Below the pieces are notes generated by a model. It did no database searches. It was not told the origin of the DNA and saw only the letters and a program-made list of their open reading frames with translations. A program made the translations under genes and the position numbers. A stretch of DNA of 64,000 nucleotides from Ruditapes philippinarum (Eukaryota): positions 372,001-436,000 of the forward strand of contig NW_026859558.1 of NCBI RefSeq assembly GCF_026571515.1, read 5' to 3'. Below, one piece after another: positions 24,231 through 37,927 of this stretch; the stretch's first letter is position 1, and each line of letters begins with the position of its first letter.

Positions 24231-26140
24231 TTAATGAAAGTTCAACTGAAGTAAATTGCATTTAATGGTGAAAATACGTTTACAACAGTATGAAAGAAAT
24301 AAAGATGAAATGATTTATTTTTATTAAATGTCAAGTATATATTGAGTTGTACATTGTAGATAAATGACCTGTAGCTAGATATTGATATCAATTTGATAAA
24401 TAGGAGCTAAAAAGAGTTTGTGTGATAATCGTGTTTTGTTTACATAAGTTTTTTCTACATTATTGATAGACTTAATTGTACAAGTATTTTCACATAAAAT
24501 ATAACACTGGTACTCTCACAAATGACTTTAATTATAAGAGTATAAACAATACATACACATGCTGATGTTAGACGTTGTTGTGCATCTGGTTTACAGACTT
24601 CCAATATTTCTTTTTCCTCACAAGACATAGTTTACGAAATAAAACACTGTGACAGTTTATTGCAAAAGCAATGCCTTTTCAAAAAGCAAATCCAACGGTT
24701 TAACACTTTTCACCTTTGATTATCAAAATATTAAGCTTAAATTTGTAAATCTGAATACTTTGATGACAAGTTGACTGTTAGACTTAAGATATGTACGAAG
24801 ATATGTGGTCGTATACCAAGCTTTAAATTTATTGCTTATTTTAAATAAATTTTGTGTTATCTGATATTTTAAATGAAAATTAAAACATATCTTATATCAA
24901 AATGTTAAAAAAATCGTTTAAAGTGTACAAAACTGTTTATTTGCTGTCTCTAGATTTGAATAGTGAAAAAAAGAATATTCCAAAATACATTTATAAGAGA
25001 GGTATATCTGATTTGCATTGTATTTTGTTACTTTTCTGAGAATTTAAGTATATTTTTCATGAAATATTTTGGCTCATCTGGAGGCGTACAACTTTATGCG
25101 AGATAAGATGAACAGATAATCATTTTCTTTCAAGTTGATTAACAGTTGATTTAAAACATAAATAATACGATGAATTGCAACAATTAGAAACAGATGCTAG
25201 AGAAAATGCTTGAGATGTAAGAGATGTTTATTAAATGTTTAAAAGCTTTTTGTAATTGTTTTGATACCACAAACCACAATTATACGCATAATTAAAATAC
25301 TTGAGATTTAAAAGATGAAGATGTGGTAAGAATAATACAATTTTACACAAATTGAAATTCATTACAAAACGTGTTGTCATGTGATATTTGAACCCTATTA
25401 AGTAAAATTAAACACAAGGTATCAACAATTTATGTATTTGAAAAATATCCCAAAGATTTGGCCCGATTTTGATAATACCAAAATCAACCAGCACGAAACG
25501 GGTTTTATTTGACACCATGCAGCAGTTAGAATTTGTCATTTTACCTGTTGAATATTTATCAAATATAGAGGCAATATTAAGTCAGGTAAGCTTAAGCTGA
25601 TAAAAAAGACAAAATACAAAAAAACAAGGAAATCAATTATTTATAATAAGGCTTTGAAATAAAATCACTTTATTATATTAAAAGGAAGTCATGCAGTAAA
25701 GCAGGAAAGTAAAATGGGCATTTCATGTAGTAATTAATATCTGAACACTAGTTATGGATAATTTACTTTGACATGTAGGTCATTAAACAACACATAAAAG
25801 TTGTGGGTCAAAACAAACTTGCAAAATATTAAAATTGGCTATTAATGAGAGGATTTAATCGGTTAACACTAAAGGGCATAAAAAATATGCTTGGAAATTG
25901 TAAATGTTTTTATCTTTTTCACAACATAAATTATTTTAAATGACATTAAATAATACAAACATATTTAAAGCCCTACTAATACTATTCATTTAATTGTTGA
26001 TACCTGCAAACGAATTTAAATCAAATAATCTTTTCGTTCCTGTGAACTATTTTATATTCTTTATTAATTATATTATATGGGTATTCCCCTTAAGTGCTAT
26101 TTTTAGGGTTTTTAATCATATTTCATGTTTCAGAAAGGAA

Positions 26141-26277
26141 NNNNNNNNNNNNNNNNNNNNNNNNNNNNNNNNNNNNNNNNNNNNNNNNNNNNNNNNNNNN
26201 NNNNNNNNNNNNNNNNNNNNNNNNNNNNNNNNNNNNNNNNNNNNNNNNNNNNNNNNNNNNNNNNNNNNNNNNNNNNN
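26141..26277. other. Assembly gap (137 N)
   Basis: Run of N. Confidence 1.
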
Positions 26278-26933
26278 AACTTTTCGTTGAAAATCGTTAG
26301 AAAAAGTTCCACACTATTTTATTGTCATTATTATTATGTTTATTTTATTTTTTATTTGTTCTTTTAACTATCTACTTATTATATTCTTCTTTCTTTCTCT
26401 CTTTCTTACTTTCTTTCTTCCTGTAAGTACTGAAAAGATTTATCATGGTTTACAAAGATTTATCGCAAAATATAACTGACCAAAACTAAACCAAGAACAA
26501 TCTTTTTAAACAAAGAACGCTAGAAATACCTTTAATCATTTAGTAATTGGATAACTGTAACAAATAATAATGTCAACTAGCCATTACGAATAATAAGAAT
26601 AATAATTATTGTGTTATAAATAAGTCGTTTCTGGTTAAAAAATTTTGATTTTGTTATTGTCCGTTAATGGAATTGGAAATCAAATTATGTGTAATGCACA
26701 TTATACATTGTATATCACTTTGTCATAATTCATTAAATTTTAATCTATTATATTGATTATGAAAAGCCTACGTTGATTGCTCTAAGATATGAAAAGAAAG
26801 ATAGTTAAGGAAGAGTTCTATCAATTGACGCATACTACAACAAAACTCAGCAACATAGAACCCTAGTCCTGTCAACGGCAATGTCACATCTAGATTAAAA
26901 CAAAATACTTCTAGCTGCAATCACAATGGTCGC

Positions 26934-27242
26934 AGCTTTCGCAGAAGCGGTGGGTCAATCGCAGCGACAGTGAAGTATTCGTCACCGAAGCAGTGGATAA
27001 AATATAACTGTTTGCTGTTGTCGGTAAGTATATGACTGAAACTGTCTTATGTTTTAATGTTTTACTGGAAACACTTAGTGAGATTGGAGCTCACATATGT
27101 ACTCTTTCAACTTATTACATGCAATTCATTCCCGTTTATGCAAACACTATTGTACAGCGTGACGATGGGGCGCAACCGTGCGCGTGAAATAAGTTTAAAG
27201 AGTACATATGTGGGCTCCAGTCTCAAGTAGTTCTGCGAAAGC
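26934..27242. repeat. Nested inverted repeats (MITE-like or fold-back)
   Basis: Outer GCTTTCGCAGAA/TTCTGCGAAAGC. Inner GAGATTGGAGCTCACATATGTACTCTTT / AAAGAGTACATATGTGGGCTCCAGTCTC at about 27080-27224. Confidence 0.7.
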
Positions 27243-27739
27243 AATGGCAATTTTTATACAATATTTAGTTACGTAGCTTATTGAGAACACGTTTTACTCC
27301 TCTATAGTTCTTTAATTCCATGTATACCTTGCTATCATTGGAAACTTTTCTTGAACCTTTTGCACTTCAGCTTTGATTACAACAAATATATTACATTTAG
27401 TTGGTTGTATTAAGATAAATCCCTGTCTATTTCAGTGAAATAAAACAGGTTAATTGACTAATAAAGTACCTTTGAATCTATTTTGGGCGGACACAATTAG
27501 ACGATTCTTTAAAATTCATTGAGATTGTATATTTTTAAATACGTCATTTTATTTAATTTAATACAGTCACGTAAATATCCGGTGAAAAAGAAAAAAGAGA
27601 TGCAAATTATCATTAATCTGAAACTGGGGTATTATTGGTTGTTCTTGAACACTACATTATTTTTGTGGAATATAAAGCGTGGTTTAAAATTTTATTTAAG
27701 ATCGATTGCGAAACAATTTTTTGCAACTTATAATTTACA

Positions 27740-27859
27740 CTTTCGAGTCAACCAATACTGGTGTCATATGAAGATATATGGTCGTGATCCGAGTAGGCCA
27801 CGAACCCATGATCTCTGGGTTGAGAAGCAGACACCTTAACCATAAGGCCACCGCTCCCC
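27740..27859 (-). mobile_element. tRNA-derived SINE 5' portion
   Basis: Minus strand GGGGAGCGGTGGCCTTATGGTTAAGG (A box) ... GGGTTCGTGGCC (B box), followed by a non-tRNA body. Confidence 0.65.
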
Positions 27860-30800
27860 TAAAATCGTGAAGCAGTAATTTTAATTTGTGTGCTAGCATG
27901 TTTTGATTGTTTGCAATTTTTAATAGTTCATATATAAGATTTCGCATGAAAGGAAAGGAAGATGGAATAGTTAGCTAAACGGTTGTTGTTCTAAATTCTA
28001 AATATAAAAATACACAACTATTTTCATCCCTAGATAAATGTGGCATGTTTTCAAAGAATAATCAGCATGCCAAGTCCATATCCGGGAAAAAAAGACATGT
28101 GCGTCATAGTTTGACATTGGTAAACCACACGACATACGTTTATTTATTGTTTCTTCAATCCTATTTTCCTATGCGAACTAACAAAGATCGTTTGATGATA
28201 ACCTTTTGATATATATAAGTATTAATTGTCTTTTCTCAGAGCCATCGACACATAATATAAACCAGGCGGAAGAGACATTGACATATTATGTTATTGGTGT
28301 ACTCAGTCGTTACCCTAGCCAACAAATTATATGATCTTTTTATTATTATTTCATTCTTTTTTTTCTGATATTTTAGAAAGTAAAATATGAAAAATGTTTC
28401 ATAAAAAATAAGTAATTGAAATTGAAAACTGGCAAGACAAATCTCAGTACTTACCTTTGAATAATACAACTTTTACAGATTTATAGACTCAAGTCTAACC
28501 TCGGTTTAAAGTTTATGTCAATAACAACCTTAGCAATTGCTTTTCAAAATGGTTCTGCTTTTATTAATACAATATCACGGTATTTTATAACTTGAACTGT
28601 GTCTGGTGAATTATAACAAACAGTGGATATCTATAGTAAATTAGTAAATCAGATTGGAAAACAGTAAGCCATGTGTCTTGGCGAATATACTTCTTCTTCA
28701 GCTACAGAAAATTGTAAGATCACATACTACTTGCTGTTTACGTTAAACATTTAATTTCTTATTTATCAAGGTAGCAAAAACATGTAATATAAGGCAGGTA
28801 AAAATACAGGTTTTGATGATTTAATAAAAAGGAGGACTCGATATGATTTATCTAAATGCATTTATAAGGGCATGAAAACTACTTTAATCAGAGGATTAAT
28901 ATTACGAACCATTAAACATGGCTATATATTTTTTTCAATTGATGAACATGATGTGGTTCTCAATACATGTACCTTCTTTTGAACAGATACTTTAAATGTT
29001 ATTGTTAAATTTTTGTGAAAAGAGTGTTTTTATTCTGTTAAAAGCCTTTAATTTTTATTGTTAAAAAGTATTCAATGTCATGTGTTTGCGTGTTTTCAGT
29101 GTACATGTGATTGTTTAAGAAGAATGAAGTTTTATATGGTATCCATGAATTCAATAAAATGTATAATGTGAATGCTACCTTTTTTGCATTTTTCAGGGCA
29201 TACTTTACGCAGATGTTAAATATTTTAAAAATGATGGTTAATCTGTTCATGTTTTAAAAAGTGTCTCAAGCTCTTTTATTCCACCAATGCTAGCTCTCAA
29301 TTTGAAAGATTAATTTTTTTCACAATCAACGCATATTAAATTAAAATTAAGTAACTATATACCTGTTTTTTAACTAAAATGGGAACAAAAACTTATGCTA
29401 AATGGGACAAATATTTTCACTTATGTTTGACATTATGAAAAATATAAATTTACAATGTGTTCAATACAAAATTGTAGGAACAAAAATACTAGGTACAAAC
29501 AAACTTGATATAAAATACATTATAAAGATAATCTAAACTGCAATAATGTTGAAAGTTTAGAACACCTTTTTGGGATTGTGAATTTGTTTTAATATAATTC
29601 GTTGTCTTTTAAAAAAAATACTCATTTGCATTTATTTATTTACGTTTTAAAAAAATGGGTTTACCCTTTAGGGCCCTTAGAATAATATTATATGAAAATA
29701 TCAAACTCGGTTTGATTGAGTCTGTTTATGATAGATAATGTAAAATGCAACATAGTTTACACCTCCAAGCACCGGCTTAAGCGGTATTCAATAAGCTGTA
29801 TTCAATCATTAACACTAACGTACTGGAATCAATGATTCCGTAAAACCAATCTATATAATAAAATTATATAGATTCAAGCGTAGTACAGAGCAAACTTTTC
29901 CTTGCTACACGTCACTTAAAAACCTGTTTACCTTATGGTATTTTTATAACAAAATTGTTAAGCACCAGGTATGATTTTTTAATCATTCTTTTTTACTCGC
30001 TATTGTCCTAAAGAATATCAATACCTTACAGAATCTCTTTAATAAATGTATTTTCAAAGTTAATTAGATTAACACCAATTCTTCATTTTATTTCATACTG
30101 TTTTAAATACACTTTTACAATTATAAACGTTTAACTTAATTATAACATTCGTATTCAAGCAGACTTATTTATTGAGTAGTCAGGAATAGTGTAAAGATTA
30201 ACCATGTGTTAAAGCCTGTAAAACTGTTAAATTACAAGTAAAACAATACAACACATCATCATAAAATATATGATTTACTTAACCTTGGATTATAATGCCA
30301 GATAAAAAAAGAAATATACGTGACAAAGTAACATAGAACGCCTCTCTACTCCAATTAATTAATATTTGTTTTAATCATTAAAACAGTAGGAAGTATGAAA
30401 ACACGCCTATCTTTTAAATACACGACACCAGGTCAAACAAGTTTTTTGTCATTCGTTCAGTTATGGGAAAAGGCGCTTGCAAAAAGATCCCTTTTAATTC
30501 TTTGTCCCCTCCCAGACACTTTGAAGATAATTATCAGAATGCATAGCACATGTTCAACTTTATGAAAATTCAACTATGAAGTTATATGCGCTTACCACTT
30601 GTTTCTACATTATAAACATGCCCTATTTATCATCTGCACATTACTATGTTACTATTTTGGTATTTTTCACTGACATGGTGCCGCGTTCTTTATACTCGGC
30701 GTTTTCATATATTTCTCTTTGAATGTTGAATAGTGAATACTGGTTTCTTTGGGGTATTCGGAGAGTTCCACATGTCATTATCTCTTAGACTAAATACACG

Positions 30801-32113
30801 TTATGTAATAACTTCATTTTCCTCTGTACATTCATTTACATTACAACCTATCATTATTCATTTTTGTAATACACATAGAATATTGCGACGCTTATGCAGA
30901 TTTGTTTAATACGCAAAATATTATGTTACATAAACAAAGTCATAATAATTATACAAAAACAATAACATATTTCAAATAGAACAGACTCCAATGAATAAAT
31001 ATTTTCATAATGAAATGTTACCTACACATTGAAAGGAAAATATGCCAATAAAGCAAATACAGTTATGATGCAAACTATTCCATTAGAATTTTGTGCACAG
31101 CATCACAATGTGTAATGACAAAAAAGAGAATCTCTTTAGTTTTCTTTGTTACAAACTATTTTAATTTCATTTTCTAATTAAATGTAATGTTGAGAACATA
31201 AATTTTATTTTAACAATCGTGACGATGTTAAAGATAGACGACATGAAATGTTAAGGACATTCTTGTTGATGCTAATCAAAAATTGTTTGTTTTTCTGAAA
31301 CGCTGTGCTAAAATGTTTTGCCAAATAATCAGCATCTTATGATTCATAAAATATTAACTGTTAAATGGGTCTTTTTTCTTAAATAAATGGAAACAAGCAA
31401 TATGTTAAACGAACGATGTATTCATTAATCTAAACGCCATGTTTTGTTCCGCGAAGATATAAAAAGAATTTATTTAACTGACGACTAATTTACCGCTTCG
31501 TTGTTCTGTTCAACATAAAACAAATAGTTACGGTTAATGAATAACTTAATGAATAATGTAAGATTACTAACAATTTATTGGCTTAATGTAATGGATTGTA
31601 ATAAGTCTTTTCTTGATGCAGGTTTCAGATTGAATAAATGAATGAAAGGATCCCTTTTCATTCGCCTGTTTTGTCTTGTGTGTTTTGTGTGTTTGATATA
31701 GATTTTGTGATTTTAATTTTGATCACTGTCATTTTTATTACATGTATTTTGTTACTTGCATTTTTTTTGTAATCATTTGGCTTTGTACATTGTAATTTCT
31801 GCGATACTAAGACTTTGTACATTGTCATTCTGTGATTATTTGACTTACATCGATATTCTGTGATTGTCATTAACAAACATTAATTTTTTAAATACTTTGA
31901 ATTGGAAGAATGAAAATATAAATAGCTCAACAGCAAGTATAAAAATTAAGATCTTGCAGATTTATTTATATCAAGAATTTTCGTACAATAAAGACTACCG
32001 TAACCTCTTTGTTAGAAAAAATTGTGTAAAGCTTACAATAGGCCTTATTTCAACCAAAGACCATGTATTGTTATGGATCTTGGAAAGTGATATAAAATTG
32101 TAATTCCAATAAC

Positions 32114-33575
32114 AATCAAAGCACAGAAGGCGCTGAATTTGATTGGGTCTCAGAATGTAAGAAGGTGCAGGTTGTGAGATTATATTTATAGTGCCACCAA
32201 TGCTTTCCAGCGTTTTAATTGTAGTAAATTGGCTATAAGACTAATTGCAACACTGATATTCAATCCAATGTTTATTTGACCTCAACAATTTGAAAAAAAT
32301 GAGTTAACTTTACTGGGATTTGAACTCCAGACCTCTCGCTTCCTAAGCGAGCCCGAAAACCCTTCAGCTACGGTGAATTTATATGTGAACGGGCTGAAGA
32401 AAACCATATTATTCTAAATTAGGGCTTGTAACGACTTTAACTGTTGTTTAACACAGATGTAAATAATCCTGGAGCTTACTATAAGCATTTATATTTATAA
32501 AGAATCAAGGGGCTGCAAGTTCTGTGGTATTTTCTGATCTTTGCAATCTAAATCGTACTGTATATCTGTATGCATTTTCCTGTATAGGTTTATTTTTATG
32601 TATTATAATTCATTTTGCAAGGCACCAGAGTTTGATACATACGGAATTCTGCATGACTAGAGTTGCATCAAAAAATCATTTATGTTCATTTTTTACGACA
32701 GCCACACTTTATCCTTGCATATCATGGCTACTTCCTTAACAAAAACACTTAAAAAAAGAATTTAACAAAAAAAAAAGTTTCCTCGACTGGGATTCGAACT
32801 CCAGACCTCCAACTCACTAAGCGAGCGCGTTACCACTGTACCAGGGAGAAGTTATACACAGAAAGACTGAATAATATCAAGTCATTCTAAATTTAGAACT
32901 TCCATTGCATTTCGGGTTTGTAATCCTTATTAATTTCGAGGTATTTTGTTCAGGGTAAACCTGTTGTTTAAAATTGAAGTAAATATTTTAGCGAAAATCC
33001 TCTCGCCCAAACAGTCCGACATGTAGAATCTATATATTCCACTACTCGGTTTGTGTAGTATTCGGTAATAAATAGTATTTTCATTGATAAAATCATATTC
33101 ATCCGCGTAATTTGTGATTGTGCATTTATTGACAATTCTATAAGCCAACGCTATTGTTTAACTTTAAATGCGTTGTAATTTGTTGGATACTTGTAACAAA
33201 ATAAAATATTTCTTTCTTTTAAATCGCTAGTTTTAAGCTGTTTTGAGAACTACTTGTTGTTAGGATTGTCGTAAACTTCTGTGTCAGAGATTGAATGTCC
33301 GCTTTGTATTTAGTTATTTTCGATCAGAAAATACAATAAAACAATATTAGAAATCTTCGACCATTCGGGAATTACTTTGCTTGAAAATTGATGCGCCTGT
33401 CTTTGACCATCTTTACGCAGTGATCTCCCCTGAATTTTTCGGCTTTAGTGTACATACAAAAGGGAAGTAACCGCTTCATAAAAGTGGACTACTTTCGGCA
33501 TTTGCAATTAACAACATTAGACTCTGAAATTTCGCTACCATTATTTGTTTGGTCTGACGACCCAAACAAATAAAA
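32114..33575 (-). mobile_element. Helentron-associated non-autonomous element (HINE/DINE-1-like) with two internal tRNA-like modules
   Basis: 5' T-run, TTTGTTTGGGTC sub-TIR with adjacent inverted copy GACCAAACAAAT; 3' GACCCAATCAAA then short hairpin AGCGCCTTCTGTGCT and TT. A second copy lies inverted at 56314-56959. Confidence 0.75.
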
Positions 33576-34884
33576 ATCAAGTATGAAATGAATAGAATCA
33601 GTAGGATTTTGTAAAGATTTATTTTTGCTAGCAAAAAGTTTCTAATGAGCGAAGATACATAATTAATAACAGAAGCAGACGTCTATATTGTGCAGTTAGA
33701 TAATATAAAGAGATCTTGTGTGTCAACAATTTGTTACATTAAGAAAATAAAAACAGGACATCTAACATACACCATCTAGATTTTCAACACAAATGAAACA
33801 AAAATATCTTCGGACAATAAAATGTAGCATTGTAAAGCATTTAGATTTAAAAATTTGTACTCATTGAAACATTAAACGTTCAAAACCAATCAATGTGCTA
33901 ATAATTGACTCTCAGTAGCACAAAACTGGTAAATGTGATAAACCTTATATAAGAATCGTCAGCTTAGAATTACAATTTTTGAGAGGAAAAGTTGAAACGT
34001 CTACGACACATTCTAAATTGTAAATGATTCACAAACGACAAAAGTTATTATAACTCTAACTTAGAGACACCATTTTATTGCAAACAATCACATATAATTG
34101 AAGTGTACCAACACTATTAAAAGGTCCATTATGCATGAGAAATGCTTTCATTCTCTATTTCTCAGAAACTTTGCATTTTTGGTGTCGTGTTAAAGCTTCC
34201 AAACCGTTACTATTTGGCCAATACCTGAACAATCTTTTGCTTCTTTTGCATTTTCAATTATAAGTTAAATTATATTAATTAATTTTTTGTATGGGAGCAA
34301 AATTATTACTGTCTTTACATTTTTTTACTTTTATGGCAAATAATTTCCAATTCAGCACTTTCGATAAATATATTAATTAAAGTCAGGACCTAATGACAAT
34401 ATGAAGTCAACTAGGGTTTTATTCTTTATTATTATATGATCTAAATATAGCTGCAACATCATTGGTCCAAACAGAAGTCAATAGAACTTTTTATAAAATC
34501 ATATTCACTGGGCGTAGTATCATATTCACTGGCTGAATTGGATTTTCCCATTCTAAAAATAGATTGAGACTCATATTTAATGATCATACACCGTAGACTG
34601 ATTATTACGCGTGTTAATTAAAAAATAATTGTTGCTTTTTGTTCTTTATGGCATATTTTTTGATTAAAATATCATTACTTTACTATTATACTTAAAGGCT
34701 ACACCGCAGTGATGAGTATAAACTTGCATTATTTTTGTATGCGCAGCGTTCGCGTTGTCGTTGCACGCCTAACACGTGCGTCTTTTTTCTCGCGCTTTGG
34801 ACACGAGGCAAAATTTGTACATGTATATAAGTTTGCACGTTTTGTGATTTTTTTTTATTTCTTATAGCCTATTCATATAATAAA

Positions 34885-35021
34885 ACAATTATTGACTAGT
34901 GAGCCAATGAATACGATGTGATATTCACCGGCAGAAAGTCATATTGACCGAGGCGATAGCCGATATTTCATCTGCCGGTGAATATCACATCATATTCAAT
35001 GGCTCACTAGTCAATAATTGT
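34885..35021. repeat. Long hairpin (about 50-bp arms) with a GGCGATAGCC centre
   Basis: ACAATTATTGACTAGTGAGCCA...CACCGGCAGA pairs with TCTGCCGGTG...TGGCTCACTAGTCAATAATTGT. Confidence 0.85.
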
Positions 35022-36124
35022 ATAATAAAAAACAACTATAAGCGTTATCTAAAGATTTCATTAGCACAATACTTAAAAAAACAATGTGCCCAGCCTTTGT
35101 TTAGATAAAGGATGTCTGTCTTATCTTTTCCTTTTCTTTTTTTGTAAACCAAAAACTTTTTAGCAAAACTAGATTCTACAGAAACACGACTTCCTCACAT
35201 AAAAATGTTTAACGTTAAACAAAGTGATCATCGGAGGCATTTATCACAACAGTATGGTAATTGCAGCACGGCTTGAGTCTGTACATGGGGGATAATGAAT
35301 AAGTTCAACATCCCTCACGCCCCTTAGCACCGGCTTGAGCGGTTCTCAATTCTCAACACTTAATAGTACTGGTATTTATGTTCCCGAAAGACCAGAAAAA
35401 TATTAATGACACTAAAGTGAAGTAAGGGGCAACTTTATACAGCTGCCACACATCACTGGACACCTGCTATTGAGATCACGGTCGTTCAAACGTCCTATAT
35501 CAGCATGTGAAAATGAACCTCTTGTATATTAAGACTTATGAGGAGGTTAAAGCTTACGAAACACTGTTTTTATGACAAGAGTTTAACATGCTTACAACCT
35601 TTCTTTACTGATATAAGATAAAGATGTATATAAATAAAAACTAAATTGTACCTCTTGGATGTTGATAGAGTTGCCGCTTATTATGTTTATTATATGCAAT
35701 CAATTTTATGTAACCAGCAAACATTAGATTAAATTTTGTCTAGTTACAACATTTTATTAAGAGAAAAAATTCAAATCAGGTTTCAAGCATACATTTAATG
35801 AAAATTTGAATTTAATTATCGTTAAAGATCAAAATACATTATCATAAATTAACATGTTTGTTTCATTAAGAACATGATACCGGTATACATTTTTAAGATC
35901 GTTGTGAAATTGGAGTTCCTAAACAATATTTCTACACTAAGATTATCTAAAAAAAGAAACTTATTTTCATTTTTAAATATATGAACAGTATATTGACAAT
36001 TTTAACCTGTCAAGAAGTGAAACCGAATTAAGATTAATAAAATACATCATACGATTACATTTCTAGTGTAACAATTTCAATGAACATTTGTCTCATATAA
36101 TTGAAAATTATCTTAACTTAAGTC

Positions 36125-36255
36125 TATAACAAGTAGAAGAAAAACTGATAGCGAACAGCATGGATCCTGATCAGACTGCGCGGATGCGCAGGCTGGTCTG
36201 AATCCATGCTGGTCGCAAATCCTCTATGTTGGTTTTGTCATGACGTGGCTCATTT
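36125..36255. repeat. Short hairpin interspersed repeat of a type common in molluscs
   Basis: CAGCATGGATCCTGATCAGACTGCGCGGATGCGCAGGCTGGTCTGAATCCATGCTG is an imperfect palindrome. Confidence 0.65.
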
Positions 36256-36405
36256 ATCTTCTCGTCAATGCTTAATATAAATTATAAAGTAACGTATCTC
36301 CATATCCTCATGGCTTGTACACGTTCATGAATAAATTGAGATGCTATCCAACTCTTCAAAAATGAAATCCTTTGGTGTTCTAAATGGTTAGCTTGTTCAG
36401 ATTTT

Positions 36406-37927
36406 CTAGCATTTCATCACACATGTCTCCTTTGGACCACCTGAAGAAAAATAAATGTTTATTTGGATTTAAATTATTCTTTTAGTTCAAACAATTTTAA
36501 GGGACTGGTTCTAATTTAGCTCTTAAGCTAAATCTGTTTTGTGAAATGAAAGAAAAGGAAGCGAGAAATGGCAACAGGAATTGCTTAGGCGTCGTAGTCT
36601 TCGTTTGATAATTGTACGAAAAAATATTTTACACCGGCTAGCAGCACCTAAATACTTATCATACCACTGAAGACTAAAACAGGAAATTTGCACCTTGTTT
36701 TGAAAATTTAAAAAGATATTTAATTTCTGTGTATATACCATTTACAACTTTTTGAATTTAAAATAAATAAATTTAATAAACAAAGCACTATAAATACAGA
36801 ATAAAAATGCCATTATATCTTGTTTGCCAAAGAAGGCTGCATAGTGCACTTTTACATATTTAACAAAGGTTTACACTTCTATTACACTTATAAAAACATA
36901 ACACAATAAATTCAAAAACCTTTCTTTTCCGACATATATACTTTAAAATTTGTAAATGTTTCTAATACATCTTACTTAATAAAAAGCGATCATGCAATTG
37001 ACAACTGGCCGGACACAAATTAATTTGCAATTTATTAAACATTCAAGATCTAAAGCCAGACGTTTATTGGTTTGATATCTATCTAAAACAATCGCACCAA
37101 ATGACATTTTCCTTAAAAATGACTTTCTGTTAATCATAAGATCACATGTTTTGATTTTAGAATTGTTTTCCTAGGAGAATGAACAGGATAATGAGATTTC
37201 AAATAAAAGAAAAAAATAAATAGGAAATCAAACAGAACGAATAACAGCACGGCACTTATTTTTAAAAAACACAGATTCTAACTGTTTTCGTTATGTCAGT
37301 GGGTATAGAGGTTTGAAAATGTCATGTAAAATTAAACGGACTTCCAAACCAACAAACGTTCAAACTGAATCAATCTGTGAATGATGAGAACCAGTTAGAA
37401 ACTTTTGCCAACAAAATACCCTATTGACAATAAAACAATTAAGAATAAAAAAAAGTTTGTTATTTGAAACAAATATATATAGAATGTGGCTTTATGTCTA
37501 AAACGTAAAACTAATATAATGTTAGAAAAGTGACACAATTTAGTTTCATACTTTGATTACTATTATAAAGGCAATTTCTGGTACTTTGTATATGACATCA
37601 CAATATCATAAAATCTAATGCAAAGTTCAAACTTGCCTTCACAACAACTTACGCCTTTTGTTATAATAGCGATATTTGTTTTAATTAAATTTTATGCTTT
37701 CAAATATAATCGTACCTTTCTTTTTATATGAAGACCTGTGACCGTCTGATGTATAGGCAAGGTTCGTTCATGACCGGGTAAAAGCCGTTATTTAGATGTA
37801 GAAAGTGTTTTATTGCATCGTTCACTCTACGAACATTTGACTAAATGTTAACATTTTCTCTTTTACCTCTTCTACTAGCTCCTAAAGACTTGTTTTCTAT
37901 TTCAATGTCAAATTCGTCCTCAAACAT
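36406..37927 (-). pseudogene. Putative two-exon small-protein gene, copy W (exon 37927-37716 and exon 36440-36406); stops and frameshifts
   Basis: MFEDEFDIE...RLLPGHERTLPIHQTV, intact AAG|GTACGA donor, TTTTCTTCAG acceptor, terminal exon (G)GPKETCVMKC*. Confidence 0.45.

Larger units (their letters stand above)
10815..26945 (+). repeat. Segmental duplication unit B, interrupted by about 7.9 kb of inserted sequence including the YR retrotransposon
   Basis: Collinear homology to unit A on both sides of about 13075-20933. Confidence 0.88.

Noticed and set aside
25994-26367. ORFs spanning the N run
   Set aside because: Open only because of ambiguous bases.
32305-32846. tRNA genes (also about 27790-27859 and 56678-56750)
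   Set aside because: A/B-box similarity only. I could not form a proper cloverleaf, and they sit inside mobile elements.
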